Part shown: in pieces, positions 41,533 to 52,683 of the stretch
Position numbering within the stretch: the stretch's first letter is position 1
Layout of the letters: every line of letters begins with the position of its first letter
Source: TPA_inf: Saccharomyces
Lineage: Eukaryota
DNA: 64,000 nt
NCBI GenBank assembly: GCA_000146045.2
Contig: BK006945.2
Location: 576,001-640,000 of the forward strand
Reading direction: 5' to 3'
Made by a program: the position numbers and the translations under genes
Notes under the pieces: generated by a model
Databases searched by the model: none
Told to the model about the DNA's origin: nothing
Seen by the model: only the letters and a program-made list of their open reading frames with translations

Positions 41533-44160
41533 ATGTCACTGAACAACATAACATTCTGTGTCTCACAGGATCTGGATGTTCCCCTGAAAGTGAAAATCAA
41601 GTCATTGGAAGGACATAAGCCACTGTTGAAGCCATCTCAAAAAATCCTGAACCCTGAATTAATGCTGATAGGGTCAAATGTATTCCCTTCTAGTGATCTA
41701 ATTGTATCCTTACAGGTATTTGATAAAGAGAGAAACAGAAATTTAACTCTTCCGATATACACGCCGTATATTCCTTTCAGAAACTCTAGAACCTGGGATT
41801 ATTGGTTGACTTTGCCCATACGTATCAAACAGCTTACCTTTAGCAGTCATTTACGCATTATTTTGTGGGAATACAATGGATCCAAGCAAATTCCCTTTTT
41901 CAATCTAGAAACGAGCATCTTTAACTTAAAAGACTGTACTTTAAAAAGAGGGTTTGAATCCTTAAAATTTCGTTATGATGTGATTGACCACTGTGAAGTG
42001 GTCACTGATAACAAAGATCAAGAAAATTTGAATAAATATTTTCAGGGTGAATTCACGAGACTCCCTTGGCTTGACGAAATCACTATAAGCAAATTAAGGA
42101 AACAACGGGAAAATAGGACTTGGCCTCAGGGCACCTTTGTCTTAAACTTAGAATTTCCAATGTTAGAGCTTCCTGTTGTGTTCATCGAAAGGGAAATTAT
42201 GAATACTCAAATGAATATTCCAACTTTGAAGAACAATCCTGGACTAAGCACAGACTTACGAGAACCGAATAGGAATGATCCTCAAATCAAAATTTCTTTG
42301 GGGGACAAATATCACTCCACATTGAAGTTTTACGATCCTGACCAACCAAACAATGATCCAATAGAGGAAAAGTATAGGAGATTGGAAAGAGCATCTAAAA
42401 ATGCAAACTTGGACAAGCAAGTGAAGCCGGACATTAAAAAGAGGGACTACTTGAATAAAATCATCAACTACCCCCCTGGCACTAAATTAACAGCACATGA
42501 AAAGGGTTCAATATGGAAATATAGGTATTATTTGATGAACAATAAAAAAGCTCTTACAAAGTTATTACAGAGTACAAATTTGAGAGAAGAATCGGAAAGA
42601 GTAGAGGTTTTAGAACTAATGGACTCATGGGCAGAAATTGATATAGACGACGCATTAGAACTATTAGGCTCAACTTTTAAAAACCTTTCAGTGAGATCGT
42701 ACGCCGTAAATAGGCTGAAGAAGGCATCAGACAAGGAGCTGGAATTGTACTTATTACAGTTGGTAGAAGCTGTCTGTTTTGAGAACCTGTCCACTTTTTC
42801 CGACAAATCTAACAGTGAATTCACTATTGTGGATGCCGTATCTTCGCAAAAGCTTTCGGGTGATTCTATGTTACTATCTACATCGCATGCCAACCAAAAA
42901 TTATTAAAGTCCATCTCGAGTGAATCGGAAACTTCCGGGACAGAATCGCTACCAATCGTCATTTCTCCCTTGGCTGAGTTTTTGATTAGGAGAGCACTGG
43001 TCAACCCAAGGTTAGGAAGTTTTTTCTATTGGTATTTAAAGTCCGAGTCTGAGGACAAGCCATATTTAGACCAGATTTTAAGTTCCTTTTGGAGTAGACT
43101 GGATAAAAAATCTCGGAATATACTGAACGATCAAGTCAGGCTAATAAATGTGCTCAGGGAATGTTGTGAAACAATTAAGAGGCTGAAAGATACTACAGCC
43201 AAAAAGATGGAATTACTAGTGCATTTATTGGAGACGAAAGTCAGGCCTCTTGTCAAAGTACGACCAATTGCTTTACCACTAGACCCTGATGTGTTGATAT
43301 GCGACGTTTGTCCTGAAACTTCGAAGGTATTTAAAAGCTCTTTATCGCCACTAAAAATAACATTCAAAACGACCTTAAACCAACCATATCACTTAATGTT
43401 TAAGGTTGGCGATGATTTGAGACAAGATCAACTGGTAGTACAGATCATAAGTTTAATGAATGAGTTATTAAAAAATGAAAACGTGGACTTGAAATTGACA
43501 CCATACAAAATTTTGGCAACAGGACCACAAGAAGGTGCCATTGAATTTATCCCTAATGACACATTAGCTAGCATACTAAGCAAATATCACGGTATTCTTG
43601 GCTACCTTAAACTCCACTATCCTGATGAGAACGCGACATTAGGCGTACAAGGCTGGGTTTTAGATAATTTTGTCAAATCTTGTGCTGGCTATTGTGTTAT
43701 TACATACATCTTAGGTGTCGGCGATAGGCATTTAGACAACTTACTAGTCACGCCAGATGGGCACTTTTTTCACGCAGACTTTGGTTATATCTTGGGTCAG
43801 GACCCCAAACCTTTTCCGCCATTAATGAAATTGCCCCCTCAAATTATAGAGGCGTTTGGGGGTGCAGAATCATCAAATTATGATAAATTTCGCAGCTACT
43901 GTTTTGTGGCATATTCGATTTTAAGAAGGAATGCAGGCTTAATCTTAAACCTGTTTGAATTAATGAAGACTTCGAACATACCTGATATCAGAATAGATCC
44001 CAATGGTGCTATATTACGTGTAAGAGAGAGATTTAATTTGAATATGTCCGAAGAAGATGCCACAGTGCATTTTCAGAATCTAATCAATGATAGTGTAAAT
44101 GCTTTGCTGCCTATCGTGATTGATCATTTACATAATCTGGCACAATACTGGCGGACCTGA
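41533..44160 (+). CDS. VPS34: Class III phosphatidylinositol 3-kinase (875 aa)
   Basis: C2, helical and kinase domains. It has the catalytic loop GVGDRHLDNLL and the activation-loop HADFGYILG (DFG). Length of 875 aa. Confidence 0.93.
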   Translation: MSLNNITFCVSQDLDVPLKVKIKSLEGHKPLLKPSQKILNPELMLIGSNVFPSSDLIVSLQVFDKERNRNLTLPIYTPYIPFRNSRTWDYWLTLPIRIKQLTFSSHLRIILWEYNGSKQIPFFNLETSIFNLKDCTLKRGFESLKFRYDVIDHCEVVTDNKDQENLNKYFQGEFTRLPWLDEITISKLRKQRENRTWPQGTFVLNLEFPMLELPVVFIEREIMNTQMNIPTLKNNPGLSTDLREPNRNDPQIKISLGDKYHSTLKFYDPDQPNNDPIEEKYRRLERASKNANLDKQVKPDIKKRDYLNKIINYPPGTKLTAHEKGSIWKYRYYLMNNKKALTKLLQSTNLREESERVEVLELMDSWAEIDIDDALELLGSTFKNLSVRSYAVNRLKKASDKELELYLLQLVEAVCFENLSTFSDKSNSEFTIVDAVSSQKLSGDSMLLSTSHANQKLLKSISSESETSGTESLPIVISPLAEFLIRRALVNPRLGSFFYWYLKSESEDKPYLDQILSSFWSRLDKKSRNILNDQVRLINVLRECCETIKRLKDTTAKKMELLVHLLETKVRPLVKVRPIALPLDPDVLICDVCPETSKVFKSSLSPLKITFKTTLNQPYHLMFKVGDDLRQDQLVVQIISLMNELLKNENVDLKLTPYKILATGPQEGAIEFIPNDTLASILSKYHGILGYLKLHYPDENATLGVQGWVLDNFVKSCAGYCVITYILGVGDRHLDNLLVTPDGHFFHADFGYILGQDPKPFPPLMKLPPQIIEAFGGAESSNYDKFRSYCFVAYSILRRNAGLILNLFELMKTSNIPDIRIDPNGAILRVRERFNLNMSEEDATVHFQNLINDSVNALLPIVIDHLHNLAQYWRT

Positions 44161-44472
44161 TTGGTTGATAATTGGTGCTTCAAAATTTAAATTTCGTCAC
44201 TCTAATTATACTTAACATATAAATGGTACCTTCAATATATCTTCTTAGTAAAAAGTAGCATGATTTTGTGTTAATTTGCACTTTTTTTATTTAAAAATAA
44301 AAATCACAGTTAATTTTTCATGATCTTGCAAAGACACGCCTCCCCCTAATGTGGCATATATAACAATTGTGAATCAGAAAAACTCAACACTTTAACATAA
44401 TGGCGGGCACGAAGGCTAAACAAACAAGATTAGCATTGAATGCCTTTTTTGGGTACAATAGAACAGTACTGA

Positions 44473-46821
44473 ATGACATCATATATCGAAAGGCTCAAGT
44501 CGGCAGCATCGTATCTTGATACAGTTCCAGATGAGCATCATGATTTCAGAAAACCCACCGCCAAGGTTGTAACGACGCAACTGACTATTGCTACTTCACT
44601 AGGTATTTTTGCTTTGCTTTCGTTCTCAATTCTACTAAAAAAGTGGCCTAGATTATACGCAAGCAGACGATATAAAGATGACGGGAACCTTCGCTTACCG
44701 TCCTGGAATCAGTCAAGTTTATTCGGCTGGTTAACAGTGTTGTATAAGATACGGGACGAACAGATTCTGGAATATGCAGGTTTAGATGCGTATGTGTTTT
44801 TGAGTTTTTTCAAAATGTGCATCAAATTACTTTCTATTTTTTGTTTCTTCTCTGTGTGCGTTATATCTCCAGTAAGATATCATTTTACTGGAAAAATTGA
44901 TGACGGCAACGATGATGATGACAGTGAAAGTTCTTTAATACATCTGGTAAAAAGAATTGTGGAGGGAAGTGGCGATGGTGACAATCATTCAGCTCCCGAA
45001 CGTACAAATGTGTACCTCTGGATGTATGTTCTCTTCACATATTTCTTCACCTTCATAGCAATTAAAATGGCAGTTGCGGAAACAAAGCACGTCGTAAGTA
45101 CTAGGCAAGCTTATCTTGGGAAGCAAAATACGATTACTGATAGAACGATAAGGCTCTCAGGCATCCCGATAGAGCTTCGTGATTCGGAAGCCTTAAAGAC
45201 CAGAATTGAACAATTAAAAATCGGCACCGTTTCATCAATCACTATTTGTCGAGAGTGGGGTCCTTTGAACAAGCTATTTCATTGTCGGAAGAAAATACTC
45301 AAAAACCTGGAATTAAAATATTCAGAATGTCCAAGGGAGCTCCGTACTCGACAACCATATTCGGAGAACTATCATTTATTGGGAAACGAGCAATCAGGCG
45401 CAGTTACACATGGAGAAAATGTTCCATCAAGCAATAATAATGACGAGGATACTATACTATATTCTCAAATTTCTCTTGGAGAGAGACCAAAAATGAAAAT
45501 TGGATATCGTGGTATCTTTGGGAAGGAAGTAGATGCCATAGAGTACCTGGAGCAGCAATTAAAATTTATTGATGCTGAAATTATTGAAGCGAGGAAACAA
45601 CACTACTCCGCAACACCTACGGCATTCGTTACGATGGATTCTGTTGCTAATGCGCAAATGGCAGCTCAGGCGGTATTAGATCCTAGAGTACATTACTTCA
45701 TAACCAGATTGGCTCCTGCACCTCACGATATCAAGTGGGATCATGTTTGTCTTTCTAGAAAGGACCGGTTAACAAAAGTTTATTCTACTACCGTATTTAT
45801 AGGCCTTTCAAGTTTGTTTTTAGTCATTCCTGTATCATACTTAGCCACATTGCTAAATTTGAAAACACTTTCGAAATTCTGGCCAAGCGTAGGGCAGCTA
45901 CTAAAAGATCACCAGTGGGCCGCTAACATTGTAACGGGGCTATTACCAACCTATCTCTTCACATTGCTTAACTTTGGAATCCCCTATTTTTACGAGTATT
46001 TGACTTCTTATCAAGGATTGGTATCATACAGCGAAGAGGAAATCTCACTTGTTTCAAAAAATTTCTTTTATATTTTTGTCAACCTTTTCTTAGTTTTCAC
46101 ATTGGCAGGTACAGCATCTAATTACTGGGCGTACCTCAGCGATACCACCAAAATTGCTTATCAACTTGCTACATCTGTGAAGGAGTTCTCCTTATTCTAT
46201 GTCGATTTGATTATATTGCAAGGTATTGGTATGTTCCCGTTTAAGTTGTTATTAGTTGGTAGTTTGATCGGCTTTCCTCTAGTGAAAATCAAGGCTAAGA
46301 CACCTAGGCAACGGAATGAACTTTACAATCCACCGATATTTAACTTTGGACTACAATTACCACAGCCAATTCTGATTTTGATTATAACGTTGATCTACAG
46401 TGTAATGAGCACGAAAATTTTGACTTCAGGGCTGGCGTACTTTATTATTGGGTTTTACGTCTATAAATATCAATTGATTTTTGCCACAGATCATTTGCCC
46501 CATTCTACAGGAAAAGTATGGCCATTAATTTTTAGAAGAATCATCGTTGGATTGCTATTGTTTCAATTAACAATGACAGGAACACTGGCAGGATTCGAAG
46601 GAGGATGGGTTTTGTCATCTTGCCTTTTCCCGCTTCCAGTAGTGACATTATGTTTCCTATATGATTTCGAGAAGAACTATTTGCCGTTGTCAAAATATAT
46701 CGCATTGAGTTCAATTCGCGAGTACGAAAGAGACAATTCTACGGTGAATTCTGCCAATGAGGAAGAGTCGTATGCATACCCTTACGCTGTGAGTGAATTA
46801 GAGGGTCCGATGTTGGATTGA
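44473..46821 (+). CDS. CSC1: OSCA/TMEM63-family calcium-permeable cation channel (782 aa)
   Basis: Multi-TM protein with the RSN1_TM / PHM7_cyt / DUF221 (RSN1_7TM) arrangement. Position and length match YLR241W. Confidence 0.8.
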
Positions 46822-46917
46822 AATCCCAAGGTGCTATTTCTATATTTATATATTTTGTTGTGAAAATGCCAAAATAAGATTTTTGATACAAGTAATACTG
46901 GATATTTTTTTATTTGC

Positions 46918-47883
46918 TTATAACAATAAATAAGTTCCTGACTTCTGTAGTAGTAGTATAAACTCCTGATGTATTAAATTCTTAATAACTGAAAAGTTAA
47001 ACTTTGCCACGAAAACTATAAGTATTGGCTTAACCATGAAATATCGTAATAAAGACACACTTATAAAAATCTTTATGATATTCCAATAGGAAAGATTAGT
47101 TACAATCTTCAACGATTCAATAATATAGAGATTAGCTACCCACTTAATGATACTCATCGAAATTAGAGTATCATAAGGCCATATCAACATCAATATCGGA
47201 AAAATTTTGGCACCGTACGATAATAAGATCGTATATGATATGACATCCTTTGAAGAAACGGAATAGTGCTTCCAATGCAACTTTTTCAGTATGAAATACT
47301 GGGTAAAGGTGTGGAATAAAGAAACGTCAAGAATACAATAACTTGCAAAGTAAAGATATTGTATTGGTGGGCTCCAGGTAAACACTTTACTTGTAATGGT
47401 ATTGCGCATGATTGCCGAGTCCCATTTGAAGCTCTCTGGTAATTTTTTTGAAAGCATGATGAGCTTACCATCATTATTGTTACGGTTCAAATAGTAGATG
47501 TATTTACTCTCCTCAGTAACCCAAGTTAAATAAATCTCGAATGATAATAGTAGAAGCCAAAGGCGATTTAACCGGTCATATTTACAAAACCAGTTCTTTA
47601 CGTTAAATAACAAAGCTTGCGTATAGTCACGCAAACACTGGCAATCATTTAGCGCTTTTCTTTTCGGATATTTTGAGAGATGCAATTCCAAAGCATTGAA
47701 TACCAAGTGTCTATATGCACCTGCTTTTAATAGAAGCAAATCAATGAATAACAGGACATTATCTATCTCAACATATTTGTCTACTGTCTCTTGGCAATAT
47801 GGACAATCTGTCAGCTGAATGTGGTCATTCGAGTACACTGTATAAAGGGAATCTACGGGCCGCATGCACGTTATGCAAATCAT
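46918..47883 (-). CDS. ARV1: ARV1 sterol/lipid homeostasis ER membrane protein (321 aa)
   Basis: The N-terminal zinc-ribbon ARV1 homology domain CITCMRPVDSLYTVYSNDHIQLTDCPYCQ is followed by TM helices. Length of 321 aa. Confidence 0.85.
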   Translation of the reverse strand: MICITCMRPVDSLYTVYSNDHIQLTDCPYCQETVDKYVEIDNVLLFIDLLLLKAGAYRHLVFNALELHLSKYPKRKALNDCQCLRDYTQALLFNVKNWFCKYDRLNRLWLLLLSFEIYLTWVTEESKYIYYLNRNNNDGKLIMLSKKLPESFKWDSAIMRNTITSKVFTWSPPIQYLYFASYCILDVSLFHTFTQYFILKKLHWKHYSVSSKDVISYTILLSYGAKIFPILMLIWPYDTLISMSIIKWVANLYIIESLKIVTNLSYWNIIKIFISVSLLRYFMVKPILIVFVAKFNFSVIKNLIHQEFILLLQKSGTYLLL

Positions 47884-48202
47884 CGTTTATCACAGCTAAT
47901 ATCTACTTTTTGATGCGCTTCATCCGTTCACTGACGCACCAAACCTTCCTTCTATGCAATGACAAGAATTTCTCAGCTTGATTTATGCCATTGATGTTTC
48001 TGAATCATCAATTGTTCACATAGGGCTATTCAATTTGGCCCGCTGTCCCTAAACTGAAAAAATACTAAGAAAAATTTTGCAAAAAATCTAAAATGATGAG
48101 GTGAAAGATCAAAAAAGAAAGATCAATAATTAAGAGGTTGGCAAGTCATCCTGATCGTGAAAAAAACTTAACAAGTACAAATAGAGTAATCAGCATTGGA
48201 AA

Positions 48203-49021
48203 ATGTCTCGCGTTGGTGTCATGGTATTAGGACCTGCAGGTGCGGGGAAAAGCACATTTTGTAATTCCATTATATCACATATGCAAACTGTAGGACGAAG
48301 AGCTCATATTGTAAATTTAGACCCTGCCGCAGAAGCTACCAAGTATGAATTTACTATTGACATTAGAGATTTAATTTCCTTAGATGATGTCATGGAAGAA
48401 ATGGATTTGGGCCCCAATGGTGCGCTAATATATTGCTTCGAATATCTTTTGAAAAATCTAGACTGGCTTGACGAAGAGATCGGGGATTTCAACGATGAAT
48501 ATTTAATCTTTGACTGTCCCGGTCAAATTGAACTCTACACGCATATCCCTGTCTTACCGAACATAGTGCGCCATTTAACTCAACAACTGAATTTCAACCT
48601 TTGCGCCACATATCTTTTGGAAGCGCCATTTGTGATAGATAGCTCAAAATTTTTTAGCGGTGCACTATCTGCTATGTCTGCGATGATTCTATTGGAACTA
48701 CCCCATATCAATGTGTTGAGCAAACTAGACTTGATAAAAGGCGACATCAATAAGAAAAAACTGAAAAGATTTTTGAATCCCGATGCAATGTTATTAATGG
48801 AAACGGAAGGAATGAATCAAGCATCCAACCCTAAATTTCTAAGACTGAACCAGTGCATAGCCAACCTCGTCGATGATTTCGGTATGGTTCAATTTTTACC
48901 TTTGGAATCTAATAATCCTGACAGTATAGAAACCATATTATCGTATGTCGATGATATAACACAATGGGCAGAAGGACAAGAACAGAAAGAGCCTAACGAC
49001 CAAATAGATGTCGAAGAATAG
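48203..49021 (+). CDS. GPN3: GPN-loop GTPase 3 (272 aa), RNA polymerase II nuclear import/assembly
   Basis: P-loop GPAGAGKST, the GPN motif in [10 protein letters not shown] and NKxD-like LSKLD. Length and position match YLR243W. Confidence 0.85.
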   Translation: MSRVGVMVLGPAGAGKSTFCNSIISHMQTVGRRAHIVNLDPAAEATKYEFTIDIRDLISLDDVMEEMDLGPNGALIYCFEYLLKNLDWLDEEIGDFNDEYLIFDCPGQIELYTHIPVLPNIVRHLTQQLNFNLCATYLLEAPFVIDSSKFFSGALSAMSAMILLELPHINVLSKLDLIKGDINKKKLKRFLNPDAMLLMETEGMNQASNPKFLRLNQCIANLVDDFGMVQFLPLESNNPDSIETILSYVDDITQWAEGQEQKEPNDQIDVEE

Positions 49022-49167
49022 TTATAGAGAAAATTATGTACGCTTGATTCATATAAAAAGAGGTAAAAAAAAAAAATAGCTTCTCATAATAACCAATTCG
49101 GACTCGGGAAAGTACAAGTTCAAGTTTTTTATTGGTTTCTATATGTATAAGATAAAAATACCTAGAT

Positions 49168-50331
49168 CTATTTAATTCTCTGTCTTGGGCCACCTGGTGA
49201 TTTCTTATTCCTGGCTGTTAGGATTTCAACACCATGTTCGGTAACCAACAGTGTATGTTCAAATTGAGCACTCAGTTTACCGTCTTGGGTGGTAGAAGTC
49301 CAGTCATCAGGCCAGGTCATATCCTTCCAAGTACCTTCATTAATCATAGGTTCGATGGTGAAAACCATACCTGGTTTCATAACACCAGGTGTTCTATTCT
49401 TGGCGTAGTGGGGAATATTTGGGGAACAATGGAAAAATTCACCAACACCATGTCCACAATAAGTTCTTACTACACTGCACTTATTTTCGGTAGCGTGTTT
49501 TTCAATATGATCACCTAACTCTTGGAAGGTGGTACCTGGCTTACACATTTTAATGGCTAGTTTCAAACATTCTCTTGAGGTCTCAGTAGTATTAAGAGCT
49601 TCCTTAGAAATGTTTTCGCCGACATAATATGTCTCATTCAAGTCTGCATGATAACCTTGGTAGTATAAGGAAACATCTAAATTGACAATATCACCTTCCT
49701 TCAAGACAGTTTTATCGGGCACACCGTGACAAATAACTTCATTGACAGAGGTACAAAGCGATTTAGGAAAGTTGTAATAATTAAGAGGGGAAGGGTAGGC
49801 ACCTCTCTTAATTGTTTCATTGTGGACGATTTCATCTAATTCATCTGTAGTGATGCCTGGTCTGACATGGGCAGCGGCAATATCAAGAACTTCTCTACCC
49901 AACATACATGCCTTTCTAATCTTCTTAATTTGATCTTTCTTGTATATAGGGATGTTGTTAAGTCTATCATTTCTTTGTTCACTGACTGGTAGCCCATTAG
50001 CGGCCCAGTCCGGTTTAGGAATATCTTCAGGGACATACCTTCTTGGGGTAAGTGGATATGAAGCCTTCACTTTACCAGAATATTTGAATTTTGGGAAAGG
50101 ATCATAAGCACCTTCCAAGCCGTCCTTAGCATTGTGCAAAGCTTTGTGAGCTTTGTAGTTGTTTTCATAACAGCTTGTGTCGCAGAAAATGGAAACGATG
50201 CCTTGTTTTAGACAAACAGGGCATTTCATTTGGGACGAAGTTTCTCTACCACATTGCAAACCGGAGCAATATATCTTGGTAGGATGAGAAGCCTGATCGG
50301 AGGTAGTAACTGTTGTAGTTGCAGTGCTCAT
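49168..50331 (-). CDS. MAP1: Methionine aminopeptidase type 1 with N-terminal zinc fingers (387 aa)
   Basis: N-terminal C2C2/C2H2 zinc-finger region (CSGLQCGRE...CPVCLKQ...CDTSCYENNYKAHKALH) and a MetAP-1 pita-bread catalytic domain (metal ligands in HGV..D..D, H, E, E context). Confidence 0.9.
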   Translation of the reverse strand: MSTATTTVTTSDQASHPTKIYCSGLQCGRETSSQMKCPVCLKQGIVSIFCDTSCYENNYKAHKALHNAKDGLEGAYDPFPKFKYSGKVKASYPLTPRRYVPEDIPKPDWAANGLPVSEQRNDRLNNIPIYKKDQIKKIRKACMLGREVLDIAAAHVRPGITTDELDEIVHNETIKRGAYPSPLNYYNFPKSLCTSVNEVICHGVPDKTVLKEGDIVNLDVSLYYQGYHADLNETYYVGENISKEALNTTETSRECLKLAIKMCKPGTTFQELGDHIEKHATENKCSVVRTYCGHGVGEFFHCSPNIPHYAKNRTPGVMKPGMVFTIEPMINEGTWKDMTWPDDWTSTTQDGKLSAQFEHTLLVTEHGVEILTARNKKSPGGPRQRIK

Positions 50332-50501
50332 TATACAATTTTTTTGCTTATTTTTTTCTTGCTAGGAATATACACAATAGCGTTCTTGGGATGAATAATA
50401 ATAATATCAGTTTTTCTTCTTTATATGAAAAATGAAAAAAAAAAAAAATAAGTAAAAAATTTTCGCTTTCTTTTCGGGGAGCAGCCAAATAAAGATTGCT
50501 G

Positions 50502-50930
50502 CTAGTTTAAATGAGATGGACCAAAAGCCATGGGCAGCAGTTCTCCCATTGTCATGACTTTAGAACGAGAACCTGTGGAATTAAGCATGACTATTGGAAA
50601 GTCCTTGACCACAAATTCATTGATAAACTGCCTGCAAACGCCGCAAGGGGAAACACACTGGTCCTCAGAATCGCCACAAATGACCATGCATTTCCATCCT
50701 GAGCGATGGCCTGCCATTAGAACTTGTATCATAGCAGATCGTTCTGCACATATACAATTACTGTAGCTTGCATTCTCGACATTAGCACCAGTGAAGATAA
50801 CATCGTTATTTGTTAATATGGAACAACCGACACGGAAGTGAGAATAGGGGCTATAGGAGAGTTCACACGCCTTCAGTGCCGCCCTTTTTAAGGCTTCCAG
50901 TTGTCTGTCTTCTATGCCACCTACTTTCAT
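50502..50930 (-). CDS. CDD1: Cytidine deaminase (142 aa)
   Basis: Zinc-binding CAE (CAERSA) and PCGxCRQ motifs typical of homotetrameric cytidine deaminases. Length of 142 aa. Confidence 0.9.
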
Positions 50931-51117
50931 TACCTTATTTCTCTGCTTGAGATTCTCTGTTTGGTTTTCCTAGTTTCTTGTACATAAACAGTTTGTGTTT
51001 ATTTTGTCAAACTACTCGGAAATTGGCGAGCAGCGCCTTATCAAGATTACAGTTTGCAAATATAAAAATGTAAAGGAAAGAAAGCGTAAGGTAACAAGAA
51101 GAGAAACGGGGAAGATA

Positions 51118-52197
51118 ATGGCCTTGGTCTCTAGAAGGTCGACAAGATCGGAAAGCACCTCAATAACAAAGGAAGAGCATACAGGAGAAGGTTCATTGAC
51201 GAAGTTGTTCTTCCGATGGCTTGTTACCTTGGAGGGTGATCAGGATATAAACGATGGAAAAGGTTATATATCGTTACCGAATGTCTCGAATTATATATTC
51301 TTCCTTGGTGGCAGGTTCAGGACAGTAAAGGGCGCCAAACCGTTGTGGTTAGGTGTTCTCCTTGCTATTGTATGTCCCATGGTTCTCTTCTCCATATTTG
51401 AGGCTCACAAATTGTGGCATACCCAAAATGGTTATAAAGTGCTGGTCATTTTCTTCTATTATTTTTGGGTCATAACGCTAGCATCCTTTATCAGAACAGC
51501 CACTAGTGATCCTGGCGTTCTTCCGAGAAATATTCATTTAAGTCAACTAAGAAATAATTATCAGATCCCGCAAGAATATTACAACTTGATAACACTACCA
51601 ACACATTCTTCAATTTCAAAAGACATTACTATCAAGTATTGTCCATCATGTAGGATATGGAGACCACCTCGGTCTTCTCACTGTTCCACATGTAACGTCT
51701 GCGTAATGGTTCATGACCACCATTGCATATGGGTCAATAATTGCATAGGAAAAAGGAACTACCGGTTCTTTTTAATATTCCTGTTAGGTGCAATACTTTC
51801 GTCCGTCATATTATTAACTAATTGTGCCATCCATATTGCACGGGAATCAGGGGGGCCTCGCGATTGTCCCGTTGCAATATTGTTACTTTGCTATGCAGGG
51901 CTAACCTTATGGTATCCGGCAATACTGTTTACTTATCACATATTTATGGCAGGTAATCAGCAAACAACAAGGGAATTTTTGAAAGGTATTGGATCGAAAA
52001 AAAACCCTGTATTCCATCGTGTGGTCAAGGAGGAAAACATATATAATAAGGGGTCCTTTTTGAAAAATATGGGTCACTTGATGTTAGAACCAAGGGGCCC
52101 AAGCTTTGTAAGTGCCAGAAAGCCACATGAAGCTGGAGATTGGAGATTTATGGATTTATCGCCAGCACACAGCTTTGAAAAAATACAGAAAATATAA
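51118..52197 (+). CDS. ERF2: DHHC-CRD protein S-acyltransferase (Ras palmitoyltransferase subunit), 359 aa
   Basis: The track ORF starts at GTG 50995; the first ATG is at 51118 (MALVSRRSTRS...). It has a DHHC cysteine-rich domain (CSTCNVCVMVHDHHCIWVNNCIGKRNYRFF) flanked by TM helices. Confidence 0.88.
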   Translation: MALVSRRSTRSESTSITKEEHTGEGSLTKLFFRWLVTLEGDQDINDGKGYISLPNVSNYIFFLGGRFRTVKGAKPLWLGVLLAIVCPMVLFSIFEAHKLWHTQNGYKVLVIFFYYFWVITLASFIRTATSDPGVLPRNIHLSQLRNNYQIPQEYYNLITLPTHSSISKDITIKYCPSCRIWRPPRSSHCSTCNVCVMVHDHHCIWVNNCIGKRNYRFFLIFLLGAILSSVILLTNCAIHIARESGGPRDCPVAILLLCYAGLTLWYPAILFTYHIFMAGNQQTTREFLKGIGSKKNPVFHRVVKEENIYNKGSFLKNMGHLMLEPRGPSFVSARKPHEAGDWRFMDLSPAHSFEKIQKI

Positions 52198-52382
52198 GGA
52201 AGTATAGATATAAAGAACTCAGCGACACAGTAGTACGTAAAATATAAAAAGGTTACTGAAAGGAGTGAATTCCGCCATAGTATAGGTTGAGTATACGCAA
52301 ATAAACGTTGGAAATTGGCTAGAATGTTAAAAAAAACATTCATTAAAAGGTTCTTTTCGTATAACTTTTACAACAAATAAGT

Positions 52383-52497
52383 GGTTGTTTGGCCGAGCGG
52401 TCTAAGGCGCCTGATTCAAGAAAATATCTTGACTGCAGTTAACTGTAGGAATACTCAGGTATCGTAAGATGCAAGAGTTCGAATCTCTTAGCAACCA
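52383..52497 (+). tRNA. tL(CAA): tRNA-Leu (anticodon CAA) with a roughly 32-nt intron
   Basis: GGTTGTTTGGCCGAGCGGTCTAAGGCGCCTGATTCAAG[AAAATATCTTGACTGCAGTTAACTGTAGGAATA]CTCAGGTATCGTAAGATGCAAGAGTTCGAATCTCTTAGCAACCA. Class-II tRNA with an A box TGGCCGAGCGG and a B box AGTTCGAATCT. Confidence 0.9.
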
Positions 52498-52683
52498 TTA
52501 TTTTTGCCTTCCGAAAATTTTGAAGCTACATATTAGCACTCTTCTTCAGATGTCAGACAACGTGCAGCATCTTTTTTTCCTACCATTGAATATATATATA
52601 GTAATTACGGCAACCGTTTATATAAAAATTCAAAAGATTAAATATTTTAATATATTAGTGTCTGGTTTAAAAGTCATACTTCT

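Noticed and set aside
810-52197. N-terminal extensions of track ORFs relative to known proteins (CCC1 810 vs 825; UCC1 10395 vs 10464; BUR2 13282 vs 13354; BNA5 31146 vs 31119; THI7 36352 vs 36367; ERF2 50995 vs 51118; TYB 18987)
   Set aside because: The codons at those track starts are GTG or TTG, which I checked in the sequence. The ORF track evidently uses alternative start codons, so these are artefacts and not upstream in-frame AUGs or extended isoforms. Yeast nuclear genes initiate at the first AUG.
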